A stretch of 64,000 bases of DNA from a virus: positions 32,001 through 96,000 of IMG/VR virus record IMGVR_UViG_3300044981_000204; one strand, written 5' to 3'. Under the pieces are notes generated by a model that was given only the letters and a program-made list of their open reading frames with translations, did not search any database and was not told where the DNA came from. Of the stretch, positions 48,873 to 57,227 are shown piece by piece. Position numbers and translations under genes: made by a program. How positions within the stretch are numbered: the first letter of the stretch is position 1; each line of letters begins with the position of its first letter.

Positions 48873-49155
48873 TTAGGAAGTCGTCCACCGCCGAGTCGAT
48901 CGCCTCAACCAGCGAGGGCTTAGTGGCTGAACGCACGACCACCTTTCCCCTGCCGTACTTCTCCTCATACCTCACGAGGGAGCAGTAGTACTGGTCGCCC
49001 GGGACCATCGACAGCACTATGCCCGGCGACGTGTCGTCGGTGGGGTACATCTTGGTGAGGACCCCTAGGGACTTCTGGAGTCGCAGTAGAGGGGCGTCTG
49101 ACGGTAGCTTGCCGTCGACCTTCTTACTAACTAGCTTTTTCTTCGTCTTTAGCAT
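48823..49155 (-). CDS. Hypothetical protein
   Basis: 110-aa ORF within the operon. Confidence 0.55.
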   Translation of the reverse strand: MLKTKKKLVSKKVDGKLPSDAPLLRLQKSLGVLTKMYPTDDTSPGIVLSMVPGDQYYCSLVRYEEKYGRGKVVVRSATKPSLVEAIDSAVDDFLSAISSALKNRRDRGNG

Positions 49156-49454
49156 AAGTCCATCATGAACCTGATCGCCATCGCCGCCACCTGCGCGGCC
49201 TCGACGCGCATCTTGGGCTTAGTCGAGTTCTTCGGAAAAGCCTTGACCTCGTCCCAGAGTTCGTCCAACTCCTCGAGTATCACGGCCCACCCCTCATGGA
49301 CCGAGTTGAACCTCTCCCACCTCAAGGCTTTTTGCAGCTCCAAGACCACCTCAGCTAGGCACGGCTCGATGGTTAGGTCGTCGACGAGGGACCGCCTATT
49401 GGAGCTGCTCCTCGCCGAGCACTCGGCGCAAGAACCACAGCTGCAGGAAGCCAT
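49149..49454 (-). CDS. MazG-like small protein
   Basis: FNS.HEG.AVILEELDELWDEVK...EA.QVAAMA.RF pattern. Confidence 0.6.
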   Translation of the reverse strand: MASCSCGSCAECSARSSSNRRSLVDDLTIEPCLAEVVLELQKALRWERFNSVHEGWAVILEELDELWDEVKAFPKNSTKPKMRVEAAQVAAMAIRFMMDLC

Positions 49455-50116
49455 TAGAACGGGACCTCGTCGATTGGGTCAGCAGCCGGAGTCATTCCAA
49501 GTTGGACCAGCTCCGGTTCCGCCTGCATCCTTAGGTCCATGTTCCCCGTCGGGGTGGCCAAACCGGGGTTGAAGACCTCTTGCAGCTTACTAACGGGAGG
49601 TGGAGGAAGGTCAACTTGCCCGTGCTCCGTGCACCCGAGCCACTCAACCAACCCCTCCAGCTTGGAGGCGTACCTCACTTCCTTGGTCCAAAAGAAGACG
49701 TTCGGCCTCCCGCCAACCGCGACCACGTTGACGCCCCTCCCTATAGCTATCCCGAGCTCCACGTGATAGCCACCACTAGACGAGGGCTCGTCCGAGAGGA
49801 GCACGACTGTGTCGGACCTTAGCACGTCCTCAACATCCACGTTGCCCCAGTGAGACTCATACTCGATCCACGGTCCCGATAGTTCGCTGGTCGGCTTGTC
49901 TGAGAAGTCCTTCCTGAGCCATGAGCTAGTCACCGTGAACCCAGCGTCCTGCAGCTGCAGGGCGAACCTAGCGGCCTTCCCCTGGTTGGGGAGGGGAGCG
50001 GCCACGTAGATGTTCTTGGGCGGGACTGGGAACAGCCAGAGGCGGTCGTCCTCCTTCGCTTGTAGGGACAAGGGAAGGGGGCTTGACAGGAGCTTTAGCG
50101 GGAGTCTGTTAGCCAT
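49454..50116 (-). CDS. Nucleoside 2-deoxyribosyltransferase-like (DNPH1/MilB superfamily) N-glycosidase
   Basis: IYVAAP, D.EDV..SD and S.GG..VELGIA motifs. Confidence 0.75.
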   Translation of the reverse strand: MANRLPLKLLSSPLPLSLQAKEDDRLWLFPVPPKNIYVAAPLPNQGKAARFALQLQDAGFTVTSSWLRKDFSDKPTSELSGPWIEYESHWGNVDVEDVLRSDTVVLLSDEPSSSGGYHVELGIAIGRGVNVVAVGGRPNVFFWTKEVRYASKLEGLVEWLGCTEHGQVDLPPPPVSKLQEVFNPGLATPTGNMDLRMQAEPELVQLGMTPAADPIDEVPF

Positions 50117-51123
50117 ATTCCTTCTTTTTTGCAAGAGTACAGTGGACCGTTCTCAAGCCTCGGGAGGCAGGAGTCGGTGTGCTGGTGTGAGTACCCCGAG
50201 AGCTGAAACCAGTCCTTGTGCTGGGACCAGGGGGTGGGGGCTTGCTCAAGCTTTGAGAATATACGCTCTTGGGCTTGGTCGTCCGAACTTAATTTCTTTT
50301 TAGTCAGGTGCCAGAGGCAGTTCCTGGCATGGGCGGGGAACAGCGGGGCGAAGACCACAGACAGCACGTTCGTGTCGTAGTAGTTCCTTAGCGCGGAGAA
50401 GATCGGTCGAAGGTCAGTGTCTGCAATCTTTTTTCCGGAGTCCTTGTCGTAGGTGGTGACGCAGGACAGTTGGTCTTGATAATCGGAAATTGAAGCAAAC
50501 GTACCGTAGACTCCCTCGATCTTGTAGTTGAGGTCTTCAAGCAAGGAGCCAAGGGCATTGAATGTGCATTCAGACAAATGGTTGGCAGCCGCCGACCCGT
50601 TGTAACAAGGGGTCGAGATGAAGTAGTGGCAGTCGGGGGAAGTGGTAGCTTGGAAGTGCTGGAGCATCCGGCGACAGTGGGACGGAGTGACGTGCTCTAG
50701 GACCTCGAAGCAAACGAGTACGTTGGGTAAAGCAAGAATGCCGCCTGTTCCCCCAACATATCCATCTTCCCTAATGCCGACATCTTCGGGCTCAAGATCA
50801 CAGAAGTCGGTCTCCCACCACATCTTGATTGGGATCTTCTTATCTTGTAGCATCTCGGGGATGCTAACCCTATTGGCGTCGACCCCAACGTACTGCCTTG
50901 GGGTCATCTTATTGACGTACAGCAACTTAGCGAGAGGGAGTTCCTTTCCACACCCAACGTCAAGAACCAGGGCGTCCCTGTACCTATGGCCCTGGTTGAG
51001 GTACTTGGCCACGTGGGACCACCTAAATGAGTGAGCAATGTAGTCCCTGTGGAGTAGTCCTCGCTCTTCGGCAGAGTCTAGGGACAAATACGTCTTATCT
51101 ATTTCCCTGTTAGGATTCCTCAT
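50095..51123 (-). CDS. Class I SAM-dependent methyltransferase
   Basis: VLDVGCG, YVGVD, CFEVLEH and ISTP motifs. Confidence 0.85.
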   Translation of the reverse strand: MRNPNREIDKTYLSLDSAEERGLLHRDYIAHSFRWSHVAKYLNQGHRYRDALVLDVGCGKELPLAKLLYVNKMTPRQYVGVDANRVSIPEMLQDKKIPIKMWWETDFCDLEPEDVGIREDGYVGGTGGILALPNVLVCFEVLEHVTPSHCRRMLQHFQATTSPDCHYFISTPCYNGSAAANHLSECTFNALGSLLEDLNYKIEGVYGTFASISDYQDQLSCVTTYDKDSGKKIADTDLRPIFSALRNYYDTNVLSVVFAPLFPAHARNCLWHLTKKKLSSDDQAQERIFSKLEQAPTPWSQHKDWFQLSGYSHQHTDSCLPRLENGPLYSCKKEGIWLTDSR

Positions 51124-51227
51124 GAAGTTTTAGCTATCCGTAATTTAGTGGTGAAAGTCATCGACTACTTTTCGTTTCTTTTTCTGCGTTGGCTTGTGGA
51201 GTTTCCACAAACAGGGCGTGAATTTTC

Positions 51228-51241
51228 ATTATATGTCGGAA
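51228..51241 (-). promoter_or_regulatory. Putative promoter of the methyltransferase-led operon
   Basis: TTCCGACATATAAT on the - strand, followed by hairpin TTGTGGA-AAC-TCCACAA. Confidence 0.5.
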
Positions 51242-51263
51242 AATGGGCCGTGGTCCAGGGGTG

Positions 51264-51728
51264 TTACTGTTGTGTTGCTAGTTCCCGAAGAAACTTTGAC
51301 ACGATGTCCCGATTTTCACGTCGATTGTACCAACGATTGATGCCGGAGGGATGCGGCACTACGCACATCTTCTGCGAGAGCACGTCCGCGTAGTTCTCCG
51401 GGTTCAGCAGTCGATAGAACTGCAAGTACTGGAAGTTCTTGGCCCCGAACGCCCTCGCCACGTTGGCGCCTAGCAGGACTACGGTCCTCCCGCGGAGTTG
51501 GGGAACCTTGCGTCGCGCGGCGGCCATCGCCACCAAGATGGGAAATCGGTCGCCACCTACGCCCTTGCCTGGCCACTCGTCCAGGACGTTGAGGAAGTCG
51601 TGCTGCTCCAGCATGTCCTCCTGGGTGGTATCGAGCAGCTCCGCTAGGAACTTGCCGCAGCGGCCGGAGAAGGGTCGGAGGGGGTCGGAGTCCCTGCTCG
51701 GTGCTTGACCAATGAAAAGGATCTTCAC
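51264..51728 (-). CDS. Uracil-DNA glycosylase superfamily protein
   Basis: ILFIGQAP, PFSGR.G, VVLLG and PHPS motifs. Confidence 0.75.
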   Translation of the reverse strand: MKILFIGQAPSRDSDPLRPFSGRCGKFLAELLDTTQEDMLEQHDFLNVLDEWPGKGVGGDRFPILVAMAAARRKVPQLRGRTVVLLGANVARAFGAKNFQYLQFYRLLNPENYADVLSQKMCVVPHPSGINRWYNRRENRDIVSKFLRELATQQ

Positions 51729-52288
51729 CTTAGGTCCAATTCCCAGGAAGCCCTCTGCTCAAGTATCGAGCGCGTGTTCGCATCGACCCTGAGGACCCAC
51801 GGTTGCGGGTGTAACCGCATTAGCTCGTTGGTCTCCGGGTGCCTCTCCTCGTGGTAGGTCCACCGCTTTATGAAGAACTCAACCACCTCGTCCTTGGTCG
51901 CGGCCCTGTCGTCGAAGAGGTTGATCTCACGCAGCGGGAAGTCACCGGGCGCGTCCCAGAGCCTGTCAACGTATGCCACGGCTCGTGGCCTTACCAACTT
52001 CGGCGTGGCATTGACGAAGATCCTTGAGCCAACGGCGGGGATGTACAGGGGGTTGTAGGTATCCTCACGCCAGTCCGAGTGGAGCAGATCCTGGTCATCG
52101 TCGCCTAACCCGGTGTCTTCATCCTTTGGGCCTATGCTGAATGGCGTCACGCCGTCCCGCGAGTTCCATAGGTACTCCACGACCTTAGCATCCTTGCTCT
52201 GGTACTTCATCAGGCAGTAGGCCTCGAGGTGGTTGTGCTCGGGGATGCGAGAAACTGGCCCCACATCTGGAGGTCTTTTGTGCGGCAT
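51725..52288 (-). CDS. Hypothetical protein
   Basis: 187-aa ORF; ATGA overlap with the downstream gene. Confidence 0.65.
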   Translation of the reverse strand: MPHKRPPDVGPVSRIPEHNHLEAYCLMKYQSKDAKVVEYLWNSRDGVTPFSIGPKDEDTGLGDDDQDLLHSDWREDTYNPLYIPAVGSRIFVNATPKLVRPRAVAYVDRLWDAPGDFPLREINLFDDRAATKDEVVEFFIKRWTYHEERHPETNELMRLHPQPWVLRVDANTRSILEQRASWELDLR

Positions 52289-52290
52289 AT

Positions 52291-52332
52291 AAAAAGCTCC
52301 GGTCCCCCGACCCCTAGGTCGGCGGACCGGAA
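52291..52332 (-). terminator. Putative intrinsic terminator
   Basis: CCGGTCC..GACC/GGTC..GGACCGG stem followed by TTTT on the - strand. Confidence 0.5.
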
Positions 52333-52352
52333 CAGTCTTGAAGGATCCCGAC

Positions 52353-52781
52353 CTAGGCGGCCTTCTCCTTCTCCTTGCCCTTGGCCGACTCCTTCTTGCC
52401 CTCGGTCTGTGGAGCGGCCGGAGCGGCCGGAGCCGTCTTGCTGCCGTCCTTGGCCGGCGCGGCCTTGGCCTCGGCCTTGGGCTTGTCCGGCACTTCGACC
52501 TCGACCTCGGTCGTCACCTTGTCCTCCTTGAGGATGCCGGCCTGCATGAGCTTGGGACGATAGAACCCGAGGATGCGCTCAGCTGTCTGATTGGTCTTGA
52601 GGCCCCCCTGCTCCGGAGGACGCTTCAGCTGCGCCAAGAGCGCCTCGCGCTCCATCTTGCCCCCGGCCGCAGTGATCGTGTCGATGATCAGCTTGGACTG
52701 CGGGGGGCACTTCGTGTTTTCCTCCAGCTTCTTCAAGATGCTGTAGTACGTCTTAGTTTCTTTTCGTTTCTCAATCGCCAT
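52353..52781 (-). CDS. Small basic protein with Lys/Ala/Pro-rich tail
   Basis: AAGGAG RBS before ATG at 52781; low-complexity C-terminus. Confidence 0.7.
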   Translation of the reverse strand: MAIEKRKETKTYYSILKKLEENTKCPPQSKLIIDTITAAGGKMEREALLAQLKRPPEQGGLKTNQTAERILGFYRPKLMQAGILKEDKVTTEVEVEVPDKPKAEAKAAPAKDGSKTAPAAPAAPQTEGKKESAKGKEKEKAA

Positions 52782-53004
52782 GTTGTTGGCTCTCCTTGTG
52801 CTGAAATTGGGCTTTCCCCTACACTCCCATAGTAGCATACTTCTGTTCGTCGCGAACGGGGAGTTGGTTGAAACCACCATATTCCCGATTCTTAGGTTGT
52901 TGGCCAACCTCTCAACGAGGAGAAGGTTGGGTCGACCGCCAACCTGGGCAATCCCCAGTGGTCGGGGGGTGTCGGGAGTAACACCTAGGACCAACCAAAG
53001 GGGC

Positions 53005-53193
53005 CTAACTTGGCCAAACCTTGTTGGTCGCTCTCGGCGAGGTCGGGGCGTCGTCGGACCTTGGGTCGCGCGGACGACCCGGGGCGTAGGTGGGAGCGGC
53101 CGGCAGCCGCCCCTCTCGCTTCACCTTGGCCATCTTCAGCCGGTGCTGCCTTGACAGCTTATCCTTCCTGAGGTCGCGGTCGTCGTTTGTCAT
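53005..53193 (-). CDS. Small basic hypothetical protein
   Basis: MTNDDRDLRKDK...; lies downstream of TACAAT at 53281-53286. Confidence 0.4.
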   Translation of the reverse strand: MTNDDRDLRKDKLSRQHRLKMAKVKREGRLPAAPTYAPGRPRDPRSDDAPTSPRATNKVWPS

Positions 53194-53319
53194 GTCTTTG
53201 CGAAGGTGGCCCCGACCGCCTAGGATCGGGGCCCGCACAAGTTGGAAGGAGTCGGGGCCCCGCCGAGCACCGACGGCTCCATTGTACCATCGATAGTTGT
53301 GGCGCGGTCGGGGATTGTG

Positions 53320-54402
53320 CTAGCTCGTGGCTTCCACTAGCTGGAGTGCCCTACCAAGGGCCTCCTTCTTTTGGGCCGCCTTGGGGCCGAACCAAGAGCT
53401 ATAGAGGGCGTTGTCCCTGTCCCTTCCCGACAAGTGGTCGAGGTAGTAGCTCACCGCGTTGTAGGCTCCCCAGGCAGTCCCCCTGGAACTTTCCAGGTCC
53501 GCGCCGGGTTGGCTGGATACGGCCCTGTACGTGTCGAACGCCACGCGCTTCAGCTTCTGGGGATCCAGCTTCGGGGCATTCGCCGCGACCAGCTGCGTCG
53601 CTTGGTCGCGCTCGGGCTGTCGGTAGAAGCCCTTGCCGAACTGCTCCGTTACCAGGTCCTTCTGGAAGATGTCCGCTATGTACCTAACCACGACCTCGTC
53701 GCTGATCTTGGTAGACGCTAGGGTCTTCGCCTTCTCCTCGAAGGCCTCGAACAGCTCGGTCGCGATGCCTAGGGTGGTCAAGGCCTCTTGCTCAACCTCC
53801 TCGTCGAACGCGCGGATGTGTGGCATCCGGAAGCCTCGGCCATACGTAGATTCGTTCATGGCCATCGCGAAGGTATTGCTGCAGATGACGCGCACGGTGA
53901 CGAACTTGATCACCAGCGCTTTGCCCCAGACGTGGGGCAGCGAGAACAAGAGGTAGCCCCATACCTCGTCCCCTCCGGGAAGGACGAACGACGACATCAG
54001 CTTGGCGAGGACCCAGACCTGCCTACCTCCCTGCAAGGCCCCGGCGGTCTCCATCACCATCTTGCCGGCGTCCGTGAACTTCTTGAAGAAGTCGAACGCG
54101 GTCGAGTTCTGGGTGACGACGTAGTCCTTCCCCGCTGGACCGAAGATGCGGTTGTCGAGGTCCCTGACCAAGGAGAAATGCTCGGTGACGGGGATAACCT
54201 TGCCGCCCAACCTGACATAGTCCTCCAACGTAGGAGATTCCCCGATGCCCCCCATGGTGTCGGGGCACCACTGAGGCCTCTTGCTCACGGTCCATCCAAG
54301 CTTTGAGGCGATGATCATTTCCTCAGGCGTCGAGTTGTGGTCTATGGGGTGCCCGAGTCCCTGCCAAGGGGTGCGTTGGGCGAAAGTTTCTGGTAAAGAC
54401 AT
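53320..54402 (-). CDS. DUF932-family protein
   Basis: PWQGLG, L.W.V.K, Y...QN, ETAG.L.GG..VW, VRVIC.NT and GTAWGAYNAV motifs. Confidence 0.9.
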   Translation of the reverse strand: MSLPETFAQRTPWQGLGHPIDHNSTPEEMIIASKLGWTVSKRPQWCPDTMGGIGESPTLEDYVRLGGKVIPVTEHFSLVRDLDNRIFGPAGKDYVVTQNSTAFDFFKKFTDAGKMVMETAGALQGGRQVWVLAKLMSSFVLPGGDEVWGYLLFSLPHVWGKALVIKFVTVRVICSNTFAMAMNESTYGRGFRMPHIRAFDEEVEQEALTTLGIATELFEAFEEKAKTLASTKISDEVVVRYIADIFQKDLVTEQFGKGFYRQPERDQATQLVAANAPKLDPQKLKRVAFDTYRAVSSQPGADLESSRGTAWGAYNAVSYYLDHLSGRDRDNALYSSWFGPKAAQKKEALGRALQLVEATS

Positions 54403-54845
54403 GTTGATGTTTTCTCCTAGGTACCACATTATGACGGAAAAAACAAACTAGTTCGGGGAATTTTCCCCGGTTTTATGGGCCGTCATTTTACTAATTCAGA
54501 CTGAACCAGAACATCGCCCTCCATCCCCGACCAACCGCGAACTGGCCAGCGCAATAGCCCCTGCAGAACTTGCACCCGCATGGAAGGAGCCAGTTGATTA
54601 GGACGTATGGCCTTGCCCTAGATAGGCTAATTGCTTGGCGGTCGGTCATGAGTGGCACGCGCAGTGGCACCCGGGAACAACGCCTTGGTAGAATTTCTCA
54701 TAGGGGCAGCCTCAAGCCTCACAACCTTCCCCGATCTTGCAGGTTGGCCTCTGCTCGGGCGGCGCGTTGCCGAGGGACCAACAGACGCGTCCCCACCACC
54801 CCAAGAACAACCCAACGATAAGCCACATAACGTACGGCACTATGC

Positions 54846-55163
54846 TCACCTCCTTGCGCTAATTCTTGCCACGGCATCGATGCAGACGTCGGACCACTTG
54901 AGGTGCCCGACCATGCTAGCTAATTTAATGCGAACCGCTCTCCTTACCTCCTCGATCCTTTGGGCGGAGGTGCCGTATGAGTAGCTCGTGCAGTAACTGC
55001 AGTTGTAACCCTTGTCGGCTGCCGAACTAAGGACGTCGTCCAACCCCCTTGACTCTTGGGTTACCTGCAGAGTGGGGGACACCAGGAAGAGGAACTTCTC
55101 CCCCGAAAGCTCGGAGCACCTGTGGGCGTCTTCCACCTCGACAGCTAGCCACGTGGCTAGCAA
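54846..55163 (-). CDS. Hypothetical protein
   Basis: 105-aa ORF with AGGAG RBS. Confidence 0.5.
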   Translation of the reverse strand: MLATWLAVEVEDAHRCSELSGEKFLFLVSPTLQVTQESRGLDDVLSSAADKGYNCSYCTSYSYGTSAQRIEEVRRAVRIKLASMVGHLKWSDVCIDAVARISARR

Positions 55164-55399
55164 CCGACTTCCTTCTCCTGCTCTAAGTAGGCGGCATAGA
55201 CCGCCTCGTCGTCCTTTTTCTGCTGCTCCAAGTACTCCGCGTGCTTCACCTGGTCTATCCCCGTGAACTCACATCCTTCGCACCCCTCGCCGCCGCATCC
55301 TTCGTGGTACAAGTCCTCCGGCAGTTCTCCCTTGAATTGATCTTCACCGTAGTTGCCGGTGATGTACCTGTCGAGGGCGTGGGACATGGTCCTATCCAT
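55157..55399 (-). CDS. Small Zn-finger-like protein
   Basis: AGGAGG RBS; GCGGEGCEGC..TG motif. Confidence 0.55.
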   Translation of the reverse strand: MDRTMSHALDRYITGNYGEDQFKGELPEDLYHEGCGGEGCEGCEFTGIDQVKHAEYLEQQKKDDEAVYAAYLEQEKEVGC

Positions 55400-55496
55400 G
55401 AGGTTCCTCCTAGACCAAAGTGGCGATGAAGCGCCAAGCTGACGTGGTGACTGGAAAAGCACGAGCGGTCCGGATCACCTTTCTTCCTCGGCTTTC

Positions 55497-55679
55497 TCAG
55501 TTATCGATCGGTTCCCTTCGCATGTACTCCTCAAACGGCGGTGGAACTTCCCCGCGCTGGTGGAAGCAGCACATGCTCGACTCCGGCCAGTTTGACTTGT
55601 ACTCGCAGTCTGGCACCGCGCAGTTGGGCCACGAGTCGCTCAACCCATCCGTGAAGACCTTAAGTTCTTCTTGGGTCAT
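55497..55679 (-). CDS. Small Cys/His-rich hypothetical protein
   Basis: C....C ... C..H pattern; ATGA overlap. Confidence 0.5.
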   Translation of the reverse strand: MTQEELKVFTDGLSDSWPNCAVPDCEYKSNWPESSMCCFHQRGEVPPPFEEYMRREPIDN

Positions 55680-56278
55680 ACCTCGTACCTATCGGCCATC
55701 AGCCCCTCCACGTCCCCCCACGAGTCGCAGTACCCCCTCACCATGAGGGGTGTCTGCTTGGGGCTCAGCTGGGCGTGGTGGTGCCTCCCGCCCGGCGTCC
55801 ATCCGCTATTCTTGTAGGCGTGGTAAAGTCCCACGCGCTGGCACGCCTCCACCACGGAGGCCATGAGCGAACCCTCCCACACCAGGCGACCCCGCACGAC
55901 CGGGCACAGGTCCACCGCCTCCCCGTGCTGGTGCCAGTCCTGGCCGGGCAGGTGGGCAGCCCCGCGAGGCCCAAGCCCCGCCCACTCGTCCCTCAACATG
56001 GCGGCTAGCCGGGGCGCGCCTGCCATCATCTTCCTAGCGTCGGCTAGCTCAACGAGGGACCTAGGTCTGCACCAGGCCCTCGCCTGGGCCAGTGGTCCCC
56101 TGACCGTGGTACTGACCCATACCTCGACCTTGTTGGGGTCGGTCCTTAGCCGCTCGATCAACTCCTCCAGCTTCTCCTGGAGCTCAGGAAGTAGGAGCAG
56201 CGTGTCGCGGGACTCAACGTCCGGTGGAAGCTTCAAGCAGCGGGTTATCCTCCCCCGGCCCCACGTTGACCGACTCAA
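55676..56278 (-). CDS. Peptidase M15-like (L-Ala-D-Glu endopeptidase) protein
   Basis: R....Q, PGQDWHQHGEAVD and HHHAQL motifs; true start probably further downstream. Confidence 0.65.
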   Translation of the reverse strand: MSRSTWGRGRITRCLKLPPDVESRDTLLLLPELQEKLEELIERLRTDPNKVEVWVSTTVRGPLAQARAWCRPRSLVELADARKMMAGAPRLAAMLRDEWAGLGPRGAAHLPGQDWHQHGEAVDLCPVVRGRLVWEGSLMASVVEACQRVGLYHAYKNSGWTPGGRHHHAQLSPKQTPLMVRGYCDSWGDVEGLMADRYEV

Positions 56279-56561
56279 GCTGCCGCTGGCTCACGGCGAA
56301 CTGCCTCAGGAGTGCCTCTATCTTTGGATCTATCTCAGACCACTCGAACAGGTCCCCCTTGGTGGCCATGAGGAGGTACGGAAACACGTGCACCTGCACA
56401 ACCCCCCTGACCTCGAGCACCAACCGCCCAAAGGCCCCGACCTCGTCGACGTCGCCCCTGCCTCCCCTCTCGGGCCCGGACGAGAGCTCGAACCTTGTGT
56501 GGTACACCTTCACGTTGGGGTCGTGCGTTGCTTGGATCGCTATGTCTGCCATCGTGGACAT
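56214..56561 (-). CDS. Nfu/NifU N-terminal-like domain protein
   Basis: IQAT.DPN..., L.V.GV..V, TK...W.EI.P.I..LL pattern; GGAGG RBS. Confidence 0.55.
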   Translation of the reverse strand: MSTMADIAIQATHDPNVKVYHTRFELSSGPERGGRGDVDEVGAFGRLVLEVRGVVQVHVFPYLLMATKGDLFEWSEIDPKIEALLRQFAVSQRQLESVNVGPGEDNPLLEASTGR

Positions 56562-56628
56562 GGGGGCTGGAGTCCTCCTCCACTCAATGACATTGTACCA
56601 CGGAACAAATCTTGAGGGACCGGGAATT

Positions 56629-57222
56629 TTACCACGGGTGTCGGGGGTCCGGCTTCCGGACGACGAACTCTATCGCACATTCGGCGTTGGACTCAGCTGT
56701 TTGGTCCCTGCCCAACTTAGCGGGGTCCCATCCCTCGGTCAGGAGTTGGACCATCTCCACGTCCACTGGGAGCTTCCAAAGCATGTGGTGGACGTTTATC
56801 GACCCGGGTATCACCGGCATGGCCCTCATCGTGAACGAGTGCTTGTGGTCCGGGTTGAACCCGCTTGGCCATTGCCCCTGCTCATACAGTAGTTCTTCGG
56901 GGACCGTCACCACTACGAAGCCCCCGGGTCTGACTACCCGGACCCAGTTGACGAGCGCCGCCCTGGGGTCCCTGAGGTGCTCCAAACAATGGCTGCTGTG
57001 CAAGAAGTCGAACTCGTCGTTCTTGACCTCCGGCAAGAACTGCGCGTCCTTGTGGCCCAGCTCGATGTCGTAGGGGATCACCTCCTCGACCCATGGCCAG
57101 TCCTCTTTCCTCATAGGATCAGCCCCGCACCCCACGTCGATGCCTCGTCCCCTGAACCATCGGTAGCAGAACGTCCAGTCCGTCCTGCGCCTCGTCTTTG
57201 CCTTGCTTTGTTCTTGGCACAT
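56629..57222 (-). CDS. SAM-dependent methyltransferase (type 11-like)
   Basis: GIDVGCG, FDFLHSSHCLEH and RVVRPGG motifs. Confidence 0.85.
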   Translation of the reverse strand: MCQEQSKAKTRRRTDWTFCYRWFRGRGIDVGCGADPMRKEDWPWVEEVIPYDIELGHKDAQFLPEVKNDEFDFLHSSHCLEHLRDPRAALVNWVRVVRPGGFVVVTVPEELLYEQGQWPSGFNPDHKHSFTMRAMPVIPGSINVHHMLWKLPVDVEMVQLLTEGWDPAKLGRDQTAESNAECAIEFVVRKPDPRHPW

Positions 57223-57227
57223 GTTAG

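Noticed and set aside
52782-53300. tRNA genes in the hairpin-rich intergenic regions
   Set aside because: No cloverleaf with a T-loop GTTCRA and correct arm spacing was found by eye.
54491-54840. Two or three ORFs under 60 aa on the - strand
   Set aside because: They plausibly fill the gap, but no motif supports them and the frames are ambiguous.
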